From NCBI GenBank assembly GCA_028534125.1, contig CM052822.1, positions 67,518,001 to 67,582,000 on the forward strand: a stretch of DNA of 64,000 nucleotides. The letters are read 5' to 3'. The position numbers and the translations under genes are program-made. Position 1 is the first letter of the stretch. Every line of letters starts with the position of its first letter. Below, in pieces: positions 48,350 through 61,104 of this stretch. The notes under the pieces were generated by a model. That model was not told the DNA's origin. It worked only from the letters and a program-made list of their open reading frames with translations, and ran no database searches. Origin of the DNA: Lama glama. Taxonomy: Eukaryota.

Positions 48350-49850
48350 ATGCAGTATTACCAAAGTGTTCAAATATATAGAAAAGTTGAAAGAATAGCA
48401 CAATGATCACTCATATACCCTCCACCTAGATTTTAAAACTGTTGACATTTTGCTGTTTTTCTTTATCTTTGCCTCTGATTTGGTGTTTTGTTTGTTTGTT
48501 TGTTTTTTGTTAAAATGTTTGAAAACAAGTTTTGGAAATTATATCTCACTCCTAAATACTTCAGTATGCACCTCCTAAAAATCAATATAGTGCCATTATC
48601 ACACCTCAGACCATTTACAGTAATTTTCTAGTGTCATCTAATATCTAGTTCAGATTTCGATTTCTCCAATTGTCTCCAAAATTTATTTTATAGTTTTTTT
48701 TTTTTAAGAAAACCAGAATCCAAACAAGGTTCACCTATTTGGTTGTTATGTCTCTTTTATTCCAGAATAAAATGACTCTCTCCTTCACCTTTTTTTTTTT
48801 AACATTGATTTTTTTTTTTTAAAGAAACCAGGTTAGATGTTTTGTAGAATAACTCCTATCCTGGATTTTTCTGATTGTTTCCTTGTTGTGCCATTTAAAT
48901 TGTTTCTCTAGCCCTTTATTTCTTCTAAACTGGGTTTTTCAACTGGGGTCCCTCAACTGAACCACAGAACCTGGAAATCCTGAATCCTGAATACTAAAAC
49001 CACTCTACATTCATAGGGGAGACATTAATTCATTGCATACAAAGGATGCTGTGATGGTTAATTTTATGTGTCAACTTGACCGGGTCACAGAGCGCCCAGA
49101 TATTGGGCCAAACATTATTCTAGGTGTGTCTGTGAGAGAGTTTCTGGATGAGAGTAACATTTGAGTCAGCAGACTGAGTAAAGCAGGTTGTCCTCCCTCA
49201 TGCTGGGGAGCCTCATCCGATCAACTGAAGGCCTGAATGGAACAAAAACCTGACCTTTCAGCAAGTCCGAGGGCACTCCTACCTGACTGTCTTGGAGCTG
49301 GGACATCATTTTTCTCCTGCCTTCAGACTGGAAACACTGGCTGTTCTTGGGTCTGGGGCCTCCCAGCTTTCCGACCGGAGCTTACACCACTGGCTCTCCT
49401 GTTCTTCAGTTGGCTAACTACAGATCTTGGGACATGCCATCTTCCATAACTGCATGAGTCCATTCTTGACAATAAATTTCTCCCCCATGGTTCTGTTTCC
49501 CTGGAGAATTCTAATACGGATGCCTTAGGTCATTGGGGCTTATTTCTTTCCCAGAATCCTGGCTGAGAAACTAAGGTGAATAGATTAAGGTTAACCATTT
49601 GGGGAGGGAACATTTCATATCATGTGACATCAGGAACCCCATAATGTGCTGTAGTCCCTCTATTAATGGTGCTAAATTTGGTTGCTTGATCACAGATTTT
49701 TATAAAGCTATTTTCCCCTTAAAATTAGCAAGTATTTCTATGAAGTGATATTTTAACACTACGCAAATATCCTGTTTCTCAACTACTTTTACCTAATGCT
49801 TTTGGTACTCAGCGATGATCCTTGATCAATCTGTTATTTCATGGATTGCT
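48350..49850 (-). mobile_element. Old L1 3' UTR (L1MC/ME), interrupted
   Basis: ttcaaatatatagaaaagttgaaagaatag...cctaaatacttcagtatg...agtgtcatctaatatctagttcagattt. Confidence 0.75.
49050..49518 (+). mobile_element. MLT2B/C (ERVL) full solo LTR
   Basis: tgtgatggttaattttatgtgtcaacttgac...ggttctgtttccctggagaa; perfect 5-bp TSD gatgc at 49045-49049 and 49519-49523. Confidence 0.92.
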
Positions 49851-50019
49851 CTCCCAACAATTTAAACTTAAGAGAGTTTATCCGTCAAAAGCTACAGCTT
49901 AACATCCCGTAATTAACGTATGCAGTAGGAAGCCTTCCTCTTTCCTATGACTCCTCAGACTGTGGAGACCAGATCTGCTGGTTGGTTCCCTGGTCCCCGG
50001 AAATTAAACACCAGGAGAA

Positions 50020-50460
50020 CATTTTGTTATCTTTAGTTACGTTCCCTGAGAACAAGAACCAGAACCATTTGTGGGGGTGGGAGGTAGCGGGGAAAGTGCC
50101 AAGGGGAAATAAGAAACCAAATAAATGCATCTGAAGTTACAAGCAGGATAAGCTGAAGACAGTACCTGATGCCGAGCTGAAGATCCCGGCAGATACGAGG
50201 GATTCCGGGAAGGCGAGGTGCAGGAGCCTCCATCGGAGAACTCACGGAATGGTGAGCGCCTGCCTTCATTCCAGAGAAAATTTATTTCGAGGTGGGCTTC
50301 TGTGTTCTGCCAGCACGTCCTTGTTGGAGGAGAGCGGGCTGGGGGCGAAGGAGGTGTACGGTGAGCCAGGTCTGCTGAACGGAGTGGGCAGACCAAATGA
50401 TGCGGGGTGGGGAACGGGGTGCAGCGTCAGGTGTGGGACGGGCTGAGCTCACACCACACT
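50020..50460 (-). mobile_element. Possible old ERVL LTR (LTR33/LTR16-like), CpG-rich
   Basis: gttccctgagaacaagaacc start and caccaca end; family uncertain. Confidence 0.35.
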
Positions 50461-51854
50461 CTATCCAAGCAGAGAGCCGGGTTAAGGTCAGAAGCCAAGA
50501 AAGGTCAACACTTCATGCACCAGGTAGGAGGGGCTTGGCAGGAACAGGAGAGAACCGGAGGAGGTGACCGCAGAGCCAGGCAGTGCGTGAAGAGGGACAG
50601 GCAGCAGCTCTGGAAGGAATCCGGTGAAGGCAGGCATCCGGTGCAGGGCGGGAAGGACTGCGCTGTCACGGGGGCTCCCAGGTGGCTCGGGGAGCCCAGC
50701 ACGTCTGTCTGACCTCGCCCCCACCACTCACACCAACACTGGGAGCTGCAGGAGCCCTGAAAGAGCATTTGTGGAGCTTGTGAGAACCCAGGGCAGAGGG
50801 CCTGGCTCTGCTCTCTCTCCAGACTCCACTTTGCTCCTGCCCCTGGGTCCTGCCCCTCCCGGTGAGGGCGGCGGGAGCTTCCCGCTGCTTTCCCCATTAC
50901 CTTAGCCTTGCGGCACCTGGAAGAGATTAGCGTCCCTGGCAAACCTGGAGAGCTCATTGTGCACTTCCTCTTCAACAGGATTTGTTGGGGGGAGAAAAAG
51001 TTGAATGAGATCAGTTCCAGCACTTTCCCTTGAGATCCATGTAAAATCTACAGAGAAGTGTCCATTTATCACTACCCTGGGGTTTCCTGTTTTGAACATG
51101 ACCTGTTCTTGGCAGACCCTCCGCCCTGGTTTCATCACACTGAAAGATGGGCAGACTTAACCCTCTCTTTCCCCCTCCTTCTCCTCTGCTCCCTCCCGGC
51201 TCCTTCTGATACAGGCACACGGGCAGGACTCAGGCCGAGGGGACCCACAAGGCAGGAGAGGTGGCTAAGCCACTTTCTAATGCCACCCCCTTTGGCCTGC
51301 ACATTATGCTGGCCCCTTTCTTTCCTGGGTAATGGTTCATGAAAGTTGGGAAACCACCCCCTTCATTTTCGGGACACAGAGGAAATGCCTACCCATCTGG
51401 ACAAAACTTCCCTTGATGTTCTCAGAGACAGCAACCTTCCGTGTGGGGTGTGGCTTACAAAGAGGGAACAGGTCAAGTTCAAAAGCAAACACCTGGCTTG
51501 GCCTGAACTGTTGGGGAAAACAATGGGGGAGTGGTCATGAAATGGGAAAGGTGAACAATAGAGCTCAATCTCCCCACTTCAATATAGTTAAATCCTAATG
51601 GCAAATGGCAGAACGGTTGTTGTATGTCCACCCAGCACCCGCCCCAGGTTCCCCTGGACACACCCCCCAGCCCCAACCACAGAGCGAGCACGTGACCCAG
51701 GCTGTCCCATCACAGCACCCTGTTCCCCTGCCCCTGGTGCCCCGCTGCCCAGAGAGACCTAGTGTAACTGCAGTTAAAAAGCAGGTATGGTAAGCCTGCT
51801 GGGTGCCTACCCCGATATTCATTTTCATCGTAATCTTTAGTCACAGAAGTCCAG

Positions 51855-51979
51855 TTTTTAAAAATCATGGTAAAATTAGGATAGCAAGATTCACACTTTT
51901 CAAGCTCAGTATTTAGTACATTCACAAGGCTGTGCAACCATCACCACCATCTAGTTCCAGAACATTTTCATCACCCAGA
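51855..51979 (-). mobile_element. L1MB 3' end
   Basis: tttagtacattcacaaggctgtgcaaccatcaccaccatctagttccagaacattttcatcaccc. Confidence 0.85.
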
Positions 51980-52479
51980 NNNNNNNNNNNNNNNNNNNNN
52001 NNNNNNNNNNNNNNNNNNNNNNNNNNNNNNNNNNNNNNNNNNNNNNNNNNNNNNNNNNNNNNNNNNNNNNNNNNNNNNNNNNNNNNNNNNNNNNNNNNNN
52101 NNNNNNNNNNNNNNNNNNNNNNNNNNNNNNNNNNNNNNNNNNNNNNNNNNNNNNNNNNNNNNNNNNNNNNNNNNNNNNNNNNNNNNNNNNNNNNNNNNNN
52201 NNNNNNNNNNNNNNNNNNNNNNNNNNNNNNNNNNNNNNNNNNNNNNNNNNNNNNNNNNNNNNNNNNNNNNNNNNNNNNNNNNNNNNNNNNNNNNNNNNNN
52301 NNNNNNNNNNNNNNNNNNNNNNNNNNNNNNNNNNNNNNNNNNNNNNNNNNNNNNNNNNNNNNNNNNNNNNNNNNNNNNNNNNNNNNNNNNNNNNNNNNNN
52401 NNNNNNNNNNNNNNNNNNNNNNNNNNNNNNNNNNNNNNNNNNNNNNNNNNNNNNNNNNNNNNNNNNNNNNNNNNNNNNN
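51980..52479. other. Assembly gap (exactly 500 N, likely a placeholder)
   Basis: Run of N. Confidence 1.
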
Positions 52480-52790
52480 ACAAACAAACAAAAACAAAGC
52501 ATAAATACAGGACAGAAATAGACTCATGGACAGAGAATACAGACTTGTGGTTACCAGGGGGGTAGAGGGTGGGAAGGGATAGACTGGGATTTCAAAATTG
52601 TAGAATAGATAAACAAGATTACACCGTATAGCACAGGGAAATATACACAAAATGTTATGATAAATCACAGAGAAAAAAATGTGACAATGAGTGTGCATAG
52701 GTCCATGAATGACTGAAAAATTGTGCTGAACACTGAAATTTGACACAACATTGTAAAATGATTATAAATCAATAAAAAATGTTAAAAAAA
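52480..52790 (+). mobile_element. Young camelid L1 3' end
   Basis: cagaaatagactcatggacagagaatacagacttgtggttaccagggg...aataaaaaatgttaaaaaaa. Confidence 0.85.
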
Positions 52791-53019
52791 TGGCTAAGAT
52801 GGCAAATTTTACGTTTTATATATTTTAACACACACACACACAGACTCAACTCTAGAACAGCTACAGAGAATGCGTCTGGGATTACTGTGTGAGGTGTGGG
52901 CACCACTTTGGGCTTTTAAGCTCAGAATGATTAATGCTGGGCCCATCATGTGCACCAAGCAAGGACTCAGCAATAATGCAAACCTCTACCCTAGACACTG
53001 GGGTGGGGGCTGAGGGGGT

Positions 53020-54300
53020 GGATAAAGTTAAAAATCTATATTCCTTATCCTCCAGGAGATTAAAGGCTAGAAATAGACTTAAGAGTAGGAATACAGCAGT
53101 GCTTCAGGAGGTTCCAAAAAAGTGCTTCAGAAGATTCAGAAAGGAGATCACACCTGGTCGAGGGACTCTCCAAAGGCTTCATGAAGATGAGGGAACTGAG
53201 CTGAGCTTTGAAGGACAGGTTAAGGAGGCAAGGCTGCCCCAGAAGCTGTAGCATGAGTCAAGGTTTAGAGGAAGAACAACAGAGGGAATACTCAGTATAG
53301 AGCCCAGTCTGGCTGGAGAAGAGTCCACGTAGAGAGGGAGCTGACGAGGCTGGAGGAGATCAGGACTAGGATGCCACGACTGCCAAATCAAGAATCTTCC
53401 ACTTAATTTTGAGCAGAAGAAAGAAGTTCTCAAAGCCGTCCCTGAGACTGATTAGCTAGGCATCAGAGTATAAAAAAATATTGAAAAGAGGAGACAGAGG
53501 GTCCCGAACGGCCAGGGGAGAGGTAAGGAAGGCCTGGACTTGATTAGTAGTCTTGGGATGGGGGTGATGGGGCAAGTGGGGACAGGGAAGGGCTCCTTGG
53601 GGAGGGTAACAGAGAGAAGCTGACAGCTGCAAAGGAGAGGGAGGGTCAGAATGGGGCAGAGGGTGGTGGCCACGTTACATAAGGTATAGCTGATTTTCAA
53701 CTTATTTAACGTGAAGATGAGAGAGGGGTGCGTGTTGAAGGGAAAGGTTTTCTGATATTATTTTCATTCTGGTTTTGGCTGTTTTTTAGGTTAGGAGAGA
53801 CTGAAGGAGTAGAAAGAATTGGTGTCCTGGAGGGGACTGGAGTTTGGAGAGAGAAAGAAGAGTGGAGTGATGGATGGGGCAGAAGAAGATACAAGAAGGA
53901 GCAGAGTGGAGGGACCAAGGGTGAGGATGATGCAGGCAGAAGTGAAGGGGGAAAGGGAGGAAGAAAGTAAAGAGAGACAATTTTTCAGTGGAGAAGAAGG
54001 AAGATGGTTTCATATTTGTCAGTAAATTAAGAAATGAAGCCACCTGCTTCAAGAGACAGGGCCAGGAGTGACTCTGATGGCTCAACAATGGTACGTCTAC
54101 TGCAGAATATGACACAAGGAGCCCACAGAGGAGGAATTAAATGACTGCCAAGTGTCACTGGGGCCCAGGTGATGCCGGAGAGCACACATGTATAGCAAAC
54201 CCACCCTGGGGCCCAGCCATCAGCGTCTGGAGGAGACTGGAGAAAACGATGGTGTTGGGTTGGGGGGCGGGTGCTGGAATGGATTCTAAATATGCTTTGG
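53020..54300 (-). mobile_element. Highly diverged L2 fragments
   Basis: aaggcttcatgaaga...tgagctgagctttgaagga; purine-rich L2-like continuation. Confidence 0.55.
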
Positions 54301-54319
54301 ATTCATGTAATAAAAATCC

Positions 54320-54412
54320 AAGGACTTTGTATAGGTATAACTGAATCCCTTTGCTGTACACCTGAAACTCACATTGTAAATCAACTACACTTCAATAAAA
54401 ACTTTTAAAAAT
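54320..54412 (+). mobile_element. Short L1 3' end (cetartiodactyl-age)
   Basis: gtataactgaatccctttgctgtacacctgaaact...ttgtaaatcaactacacttcaataaaaa. Confidence 0.8.
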
Positions 54413-55459
54413 CTTAAGAGGGAGGCATTCTTGGATCATAGAAGGCATATCTTTGAAATGATCCACTATGGGGTTTTCTGAGCTTTGCAAGCAGCCTAGA
54501 GTGATGGGGAGACTAAGAGATCCAGGGACTGAAGGTCATGATGAGTGGAAGTGGGAAGGACAGGAAGAGGTTGCGGTCCCAAAATATCTGGAAAAGTCAG
54601 AACCCCTTAGGCCAAAGATGCAGTGGCACTAGTGGTTCATGTGGAGAAGGACTTTCAAGCTGTGTGCGGGCTCAGGTGGATTCAGTGCCCCGGCCATCAG
54701 TTTGGTGATGTCTGTCAAAGACAAGGGAAAGGAGAGGAGAGCCAGGATCACAGCCTGTTAATCCTATGAAATGTGGTCAGGGGGATCCTGAGCTGAACAG
54801 GTGGGAGGAGGAACAGTCCTGCATGTTTAGTAAATCTTGTAAGCCTAAAGCCCCCATAGGTGAGAGCAGCGTCTTGCAAAATGAGACACCATAGTTAAGG
54901 AGGTCTGGAAAACGAGAAGGGTGGAATGTTCAGATGGTCAGTATCATGGATGTTCAATTCCTTGGCAGTGATGGCAGTCAAGAGGGTGGGACACTACTGG
55001 GAGTACTTCCTTGAAGTCAGTAGATGGACCTGGCGACCACAGGTGATACAGTAAGAGAACCCAACACAGGTGCTCAAGAATTGTTTGTGGAATGAAAAGA
55101 AGCATCTCTAGGGAGCAAGTAGCACACCATTCCATCCTCCTGCCCCCAAGTCAGGGAGCTGACAAGAAACAGAGCCAACTGCTGGGAAATGGCACAATCG
55201 GGAGACTGGCGGGTGGATGCGAGCAGAAATGGGTCTGGGGAGGTGCGGGCAGACCCAGAGGAGCTGGGTCCTGAGGGACCGCAGAGGGACAGCTGCTCCC
55301 AGCACTTAGTATAAATTCCAGTTGATACACGCACCGCTCTAGGGAAGAGCATGTGGGTAACACAGGGAAACCCATCCCCGCTTTAATGAAACAACTCAGA
55401 GCACAGGTCCTCCTAGGGGTAGATCCGTCTCATCTGTTCTGTGAAAGAGGTTTCGTGAA

Positions 55460-55700
55460 AAGAGAGCAGTACGAGAGAAATCAAACGCAAGTCAGGGGTC
55501 TAATCCCAGCTGTGCCAACCAAGTCTGTGCCCTTCCGAATAAATGCCAAGTGACCTCATTCATTCATTTATTCGCTTGCTGTGCCTCAGTGTCCTCATTT
55601 TACAATGGGCCTAAATCTCTGTTCTGCCCATTTCATGGTAATGCTCTGATGATAAAAATGAAAGCCACTTCAAAACATTTCATATTTAAGCACCCCAAGT
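55460..55700 (+). mobile_element. MIR SINE
   Basis: ctaatcccagctgtgcca...ctgtgcctcagtgtcctcattttacaatggg. Confidence 0.6.
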
Positions 55701-56759
55701 CACCTCATTGCAATGAATTTTAGATCAGTATCCCTTGTGCTTTAAAATATTGTGTAATGTGTTTGAAATAAATGGGTCATCTGCTGGGGCTTAGAATTAG
55801 CTGTGATCCAGAAACCTGGTCACATGCATTACAAGTGTTGATCCCCGCACAAAACTGAAGTGTTGTTCATACCCGCCGCCTGCTGCCTCCTGTCCTCACG
55901 CAGGGAACCATCTACATGGCCCCCAGTGCTTCACCTTGTCTGGCTCTTTCTGGAAATAGACACATGGATGTTTTGTTACTAAAGCTGCCTTCTCCTCAGA
56001 GTGTGTGTGCTGTGCAGCCACGAGGAAGGGAAAATAGAAAACCTCTAAAACAGTAAATGATCATTCTCGCCCAGACCGGGCTATGTCATTCTAGACAAGT
56101 CACCGAACCCAGCTGTGCCTGGGTTTCTACAAAGCGTCCCAGAACAATGCTGGTGGGAGACACCCGCAGAGCTGGAAGCGAGGGGCTCCCGCTGTGAAGG
56201 AGGAACAGGGACACTTCAGTTTTAACTTGAGTGGATCCAAGAAAATCAGTGTTGGGAAAGCAGCAAAGAGGAAAATGACTGGATGCAAAAGTGAAGTGGG
56301 ACACAGGGCAAGAGCTGTGCACTGAGGGGAGGACTGGAGCTGGGCTGGAGGAGACAATGAGACCCCCGCCTTCTCGGGACGGCCAGATGAAGATGAAGAA
56401 GGATCCAGTTTTAAGCATAATATGGCCTCAGGATGACTTTTCAACTTGGGACCCTGCTGTAGGTCAAAGGGGAACAAATGTGGTGAACTCTAGGCCTGGG
56501 TCCACACCAGGAGGTGGTGTTGAGAACATGGAGCGGGGTGGTCAGTGTTGAGAACACGGGGATGTCCTCTCCATTAGGGCTAGGATAGGGGAGGCGCTGC
56601 CAAGAGATGTGGACTCGCCTAGTTGAAAAACTCTCCTGAAAAAGGAAAAATCCAACAGCTGTGATTTCATAAGTACATATAATTCTTGTTGAGCAAGGGG
56701 AGAGAGAAAAGATGGAAGAGGAAAGGGTGACACAAAGCCAGAGAACTGAAAGAACGCCC

Positions 56760-57700
56760 ATGGGCTTGGAGAGGGGCAGCATGTAAGCACCAGCGCTGCT
56801 GCCGGTTCGCCATGGGAGCGCCGTCCAGCTGGCCGGGGCTAAGCGGGCCCCGGTTTTAGACAGGTCCCCAAAACCACCCTGTCTTCCAAATGTCAGGATT
56901 CCTCCTCTTCTCCCAGTGTCCTGAGGGCTCAGCACAGACGGGAGCAGGAAACCCTTTAGGAAGGAACAGACCAGGAGGGGACCCTCTCCTCGCTGGCGCC
57001 GCCCCCGCCCTGCAGCCCGGGAGGCAGCGGCAGGGGGCCTGACTCAGCCTGCACTCAGTTCTCGGGTGGGCAGGCCCGCGCAGGGTGAATCACTGGAGCC
57101 CGAGTGCTATTCTGAGCGCCGCCAAGGACACGGATGCTCTTGCTGGCGTCCTGGCACCCTTCACAATCTCTCTCCTTCCTTGTCTGGCTGCCAGGAGACG
57201 GGTGCTGTAGGAACTGAGTATTTTTGGATTTTTATAGCCCAAGACAAAAACTAACTCTTTCTATTCTTCCTGCAATCCCTCTCAGTTCCTGGAAATCACT
57301 AATAGGAGACGAGGGCCGAGAGCCGCCTCGATCCAAGCACAGCTGAGGTGGCCTTACTAAGAAGCAGGGGAGGGCAGAGCAAGGCCTACCTTGTGGATTT
57401 CCCCAATGAATCATCTGGCTATTTATTTTGATTGAAAGTACCCCAGAAGAATGCAAGTTTAAGTTCTAAATTCTACCAGGAAGCATCAGACTGGTACCTA
57501 GAGCTCTGCATAACTGAACAGCACTTGGATTAATTTCTCCATCTTTCCTGCTCCCACGCAGCCCATGATGACTCACATCCACGCAAGCCATATAAAGAGC
57601 TGAGTGCTACAGAGACTCACCAAATGCTACTGGACTCAGTTACCAGGAATTTCAATAAGAATGAGTCTTTGTACTGTCCTCATACTCCTCTATTAAATTA
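56760..57700. promoter_or_regulatory. CpG-rich candidate enhancer
   Basis: Small CpG-rich patch 56780-57200; GC box about 57003; CTCF-like 57028-57040; TGACTCAGC 57040-57048; TGACTCA 57569-57575; CArG-like CCATATAAAG 57588-57597. Confidence 0.55.
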
Positions 57701-57819
57701 TAAGAAGGCCCACGGGGGAAGTCAGCTGTCCTTTGTCCTCGCACTGTGTCACAGACCGCTGGGGATGGGCGCTTGGAAAGCAAAGTTCACGCCTCAGGAA
57801 GATGAGGAATGTAGTACTC

Positions 57820-58760
57820 TCCATCAACAAATATTTATTGGGTTTGAGGAAGGGCACGGGGCAGGGGTTACAGAGATGAAGGAGACATCCTAAGAAAGAT
57901 TAAATCTGGTAGGAGAGATAAGACATGTACATAAACCATTTTAAACAAGCACAAGGTCCTACAGGATAGGAGAAAGGAGAATTCTCTGGTTTGATGAAAA
58001 TCAGGCAGGATTCATGAACTGTGTCTTGAAGAACACGTAGAGTTCTCACAAGGGAGGACACAGAGGTGACACCAAAGGTGCAGAAACCTGTCCCATTTTT
58101 CAACAAGGATGCAGGGAGACAAAGCTGGAGAGGTAAATTGGGCTTGGACGTGCTTAATGACATGCTTGCAAGCTTGGACTTGATCCAGTGGGTATGCAGA
58201 CCTCACTGCATACAGACCCTCAACAGGGTGAGAGTCAGGATCAAATCAGTCTCCAGAAGCTTAGTTTGTAAGTTGTCGGCAGGATGGATCAAAAGGGAGA
58301 GACATCAGAGAAGTGTTTTAGTTCAGGCGGGCGTAGTGAAGGCCTGGAGGAAGCAGTGACAATGGGGAGGAGAAAGGAAACGTGCAATTACACAGAGCCT
58401 GAATTTTCACTGGATGTGAGGAAGTGAGACGGAGAGAGGGATATTAAAATGACTCTGGAGAATGAGGAACCACCAGAGAGACGTGTTTTTTCAACTCAAG
58501 AAGATGGTTTCAAGCCAGAATGACCATGGAAATGACAGTGCCATGAAAAGGCCTATGGATCGAGGAGAAGGCAGAGATTTGGGGGCTGGTTCTCCCTCGT
58601 GAAGGCTGAGAGGCCATGTAGATGCCCAGAACACAGTCACAAATCCTTACGAGGGAGATCACGGTGGAGAGAGAGATGGGGGATCATCCACACAGGGTGA
58701 CAGCAGGAACCGTGACACAGCACAGAAAAGCATTCTGAAGGTAGAACTAACCAAAGGAAG
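57820..58760 (-). mobile_element. L2 LINE 3' about 0.9 kb
   Basis: catcaacaaatatttattg tail; atcaggcaggattcatga; gcttggacttgatcc; aaaatgactctggag. Confidence 0.8.
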
Positions 58761-59401
58761 CCCTCTATTTGGAGAATGGAAGAAACAAAAACAAAATGGG
58801 GCAAAGCAAAAAGGATAAGTGTTTACTGAGTCCCAACCATTTTCTGTCTCCCCCCTGCCCTGGCCATACCCCCATCACGGCGCTCATCACACATGACAGC
58901 CTCCCTCACTGTATTAGCAGTAGTTCAGGGACAGGGATTTTGCTTTTATACACTGGTGTCTAACACTCAGCATTTTTTGGTAAAATTAATAAAACAATCA
59001 ACTCAAACCCAAGTCTGATTCTGAGGTTCACATTCCTTCTACTATGCTATAAAGTCAGAGAATAGAAAGAGAAACAGGATCGTGTAGGATGACAAAAAGG
59101 GAAGCAGCTCCCTATGGAAAACCCACAGCTAGCATCATACTTACTGGACGCTTTCCTCCTAAGAGGAGAAGCAAGACAAGGACGGCCACTGTCACCGCTT
59201 CTGTTCACCACTGTACTGGATGTTCTAACCAGGGAAATTAGGCAACAAAAAGAAAGAAAACACATCCAGATTGGAGAGGAAGAAGTAAGACTGTCTCTAA
59301 TCCCAGATGATGTGATCTTGTCTATGAAAAATTCTAAGAAATTATTAGAACAAAAAACAAATGCAGCTAAGTTCAGGATATAAGATCAATATACAAAAAT
59401 C

Positions 59402-59553
59402 GGGGGGAGGGGAGTGGGTATAGCTCAGTGGTAGAGCACATGCTTAGCATGTGTGAGGTCCTGAGTTCATCCCCAGTACCACCATTAAAATAAATAAGTA
59501 AATAAACCTAATTATGTCCCCTCAAAACAAAAACAAAAATAAAAAATTTTAAA
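59402..59553 (+). mobile_element. vic-1-type SINE inserted in L1
   Basis: gggtatagctcagtggtagagcacatgcttagcatgtgtgaggtcctgagttc; degenerate TSD atatacaaaaatc/atatgcagtaatc. Confidence 0.9.
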
Positions 59554-61104
59554 TATATATATGCAGTAATCAATTGTATCTCTATATACTAGCAACGAAA
59601 AATACGAAATGAAGCAAACAATTCCGTTTACAATAGCATCCAAGAAAACTTTAGGATTAAATGTAACAAAAGAAGTACAATACTTGTATAGTGAAAACTA
59701 TAAAACATTATTGAAAGAAATTAAAGAAGACCTAAATAAATGGAAAGACATTCCACATTCATGGGCTGGAAGATATTATAAATGTTGCCATATAATTAAG
59801 AAGGCAGTACTCTCTAAATTGATCTATAGAGTCAACACAGTCCCTTTCAAAATTCCAGTTGCCTTTTTTTTTTTCCAGAAACTGACAAATTAATTCTAAA
59901 AATCATGTGGAAATGCAAGGGACCCAGAATCACCAAATGAGTTTTGAAAAAAAGGAATAAAGTTGGAGGGCTCACACTTCCTGATTTCAAAACTTACTAC
60001 AGAGCTGCAGTAACCAAGGACTGTGGTACTGGTGCAAGGAGAGACATACAGCTCTACATAGATCATACAGCCACACAGATCAAAGGAACAGAATTGAGAG
60101 TTCAGAAATAAATTTTTACATTTATGGTCAACTAACCTTTGACAAGGGTGCCAAGACCATTCAATGGGGAAAGAATGATCTTTTCAACAAACAATGGTGG
60201 GACAACTAGATATCCACATGCAAAGAATGAACCTGGATTCTATCTAATCCCACATACAAAAATTAACTCAGTATGGATTACACACCTAACTGTAAAAGCT
60301 AAAATAATAAAACTCTTAGAAAAAAGCTTGGGAGTAGATCTTCATGACCTTGGACTAGGCAAAAATAGCATACATATGACATCAAAATCAAAAGCAACAG
60401 AAGGAAAAACAGGTGCGCTGGACATTATCAGAAATTTTTTTAAGTTTGTGCTTCTAAGGATATCAGCAAGAAAGCAAAAATACATTGCACAGAATAGGAG
60501 AAAAGTGTTCTAAATCATATACCTGGTAAGTGTATCTAGAATACACGAAGAACTCTTACAACTCAATGACAAAAAGACAAATAACCCAATTTTTTAAAGG
60601 GCAAAGGAGATACATGTCCAAGAAGATAAACAACTAGCCAACATGCACACAAAAAGGTTCTCGACCTGATTAGTCATTAGAGAACTGCAAATCAAAACCG
60701 TAAGGTACCACTTCAAATCTGTTAGGGATGACTAGAACTTTAAAAAGACACACAGTAACAAGGGCTGGTGATGATGTGGAGAAATTAGAACTTTCACAGG
60801 TTGCCAGTGGGATTGTAAAATGGTGCAGCCACTTTAAAAAACAGTTTGGCAGTTCAACATGTGAAATATAGTGACCATATGACCCAGCAATCCCACACCC
60901 AGGTACACACCCAAAAGATCTGAAAACATACATCCACACAAAAACGTATACACAAATGCTCTGAGCAGCATTACTCATAACAGCCAAAAAGTGGGAATAA
61001 CCCAAATGCTCACTAACTGCAAATAAACAAAATGTGCTGTATGCATACAATTCAGTCATAGAAAGGAATGAAGTACTGATACATGCTGTAGCCTAAGTGA
61101 TCCT

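Noticed and set aside
56815-56950. REST/RE1 element (gcgccgtcc; tcagcacagacggg)
   Set aside because: Only isolated, mismatched half-sites.
59114-61059. Reverse transcriptase-like ORFs as a functional gene
   Set aside because: Fragmented L1 ORF2 with frameshifts and stops; the catalytic FADD motif is degraded to IPDD.
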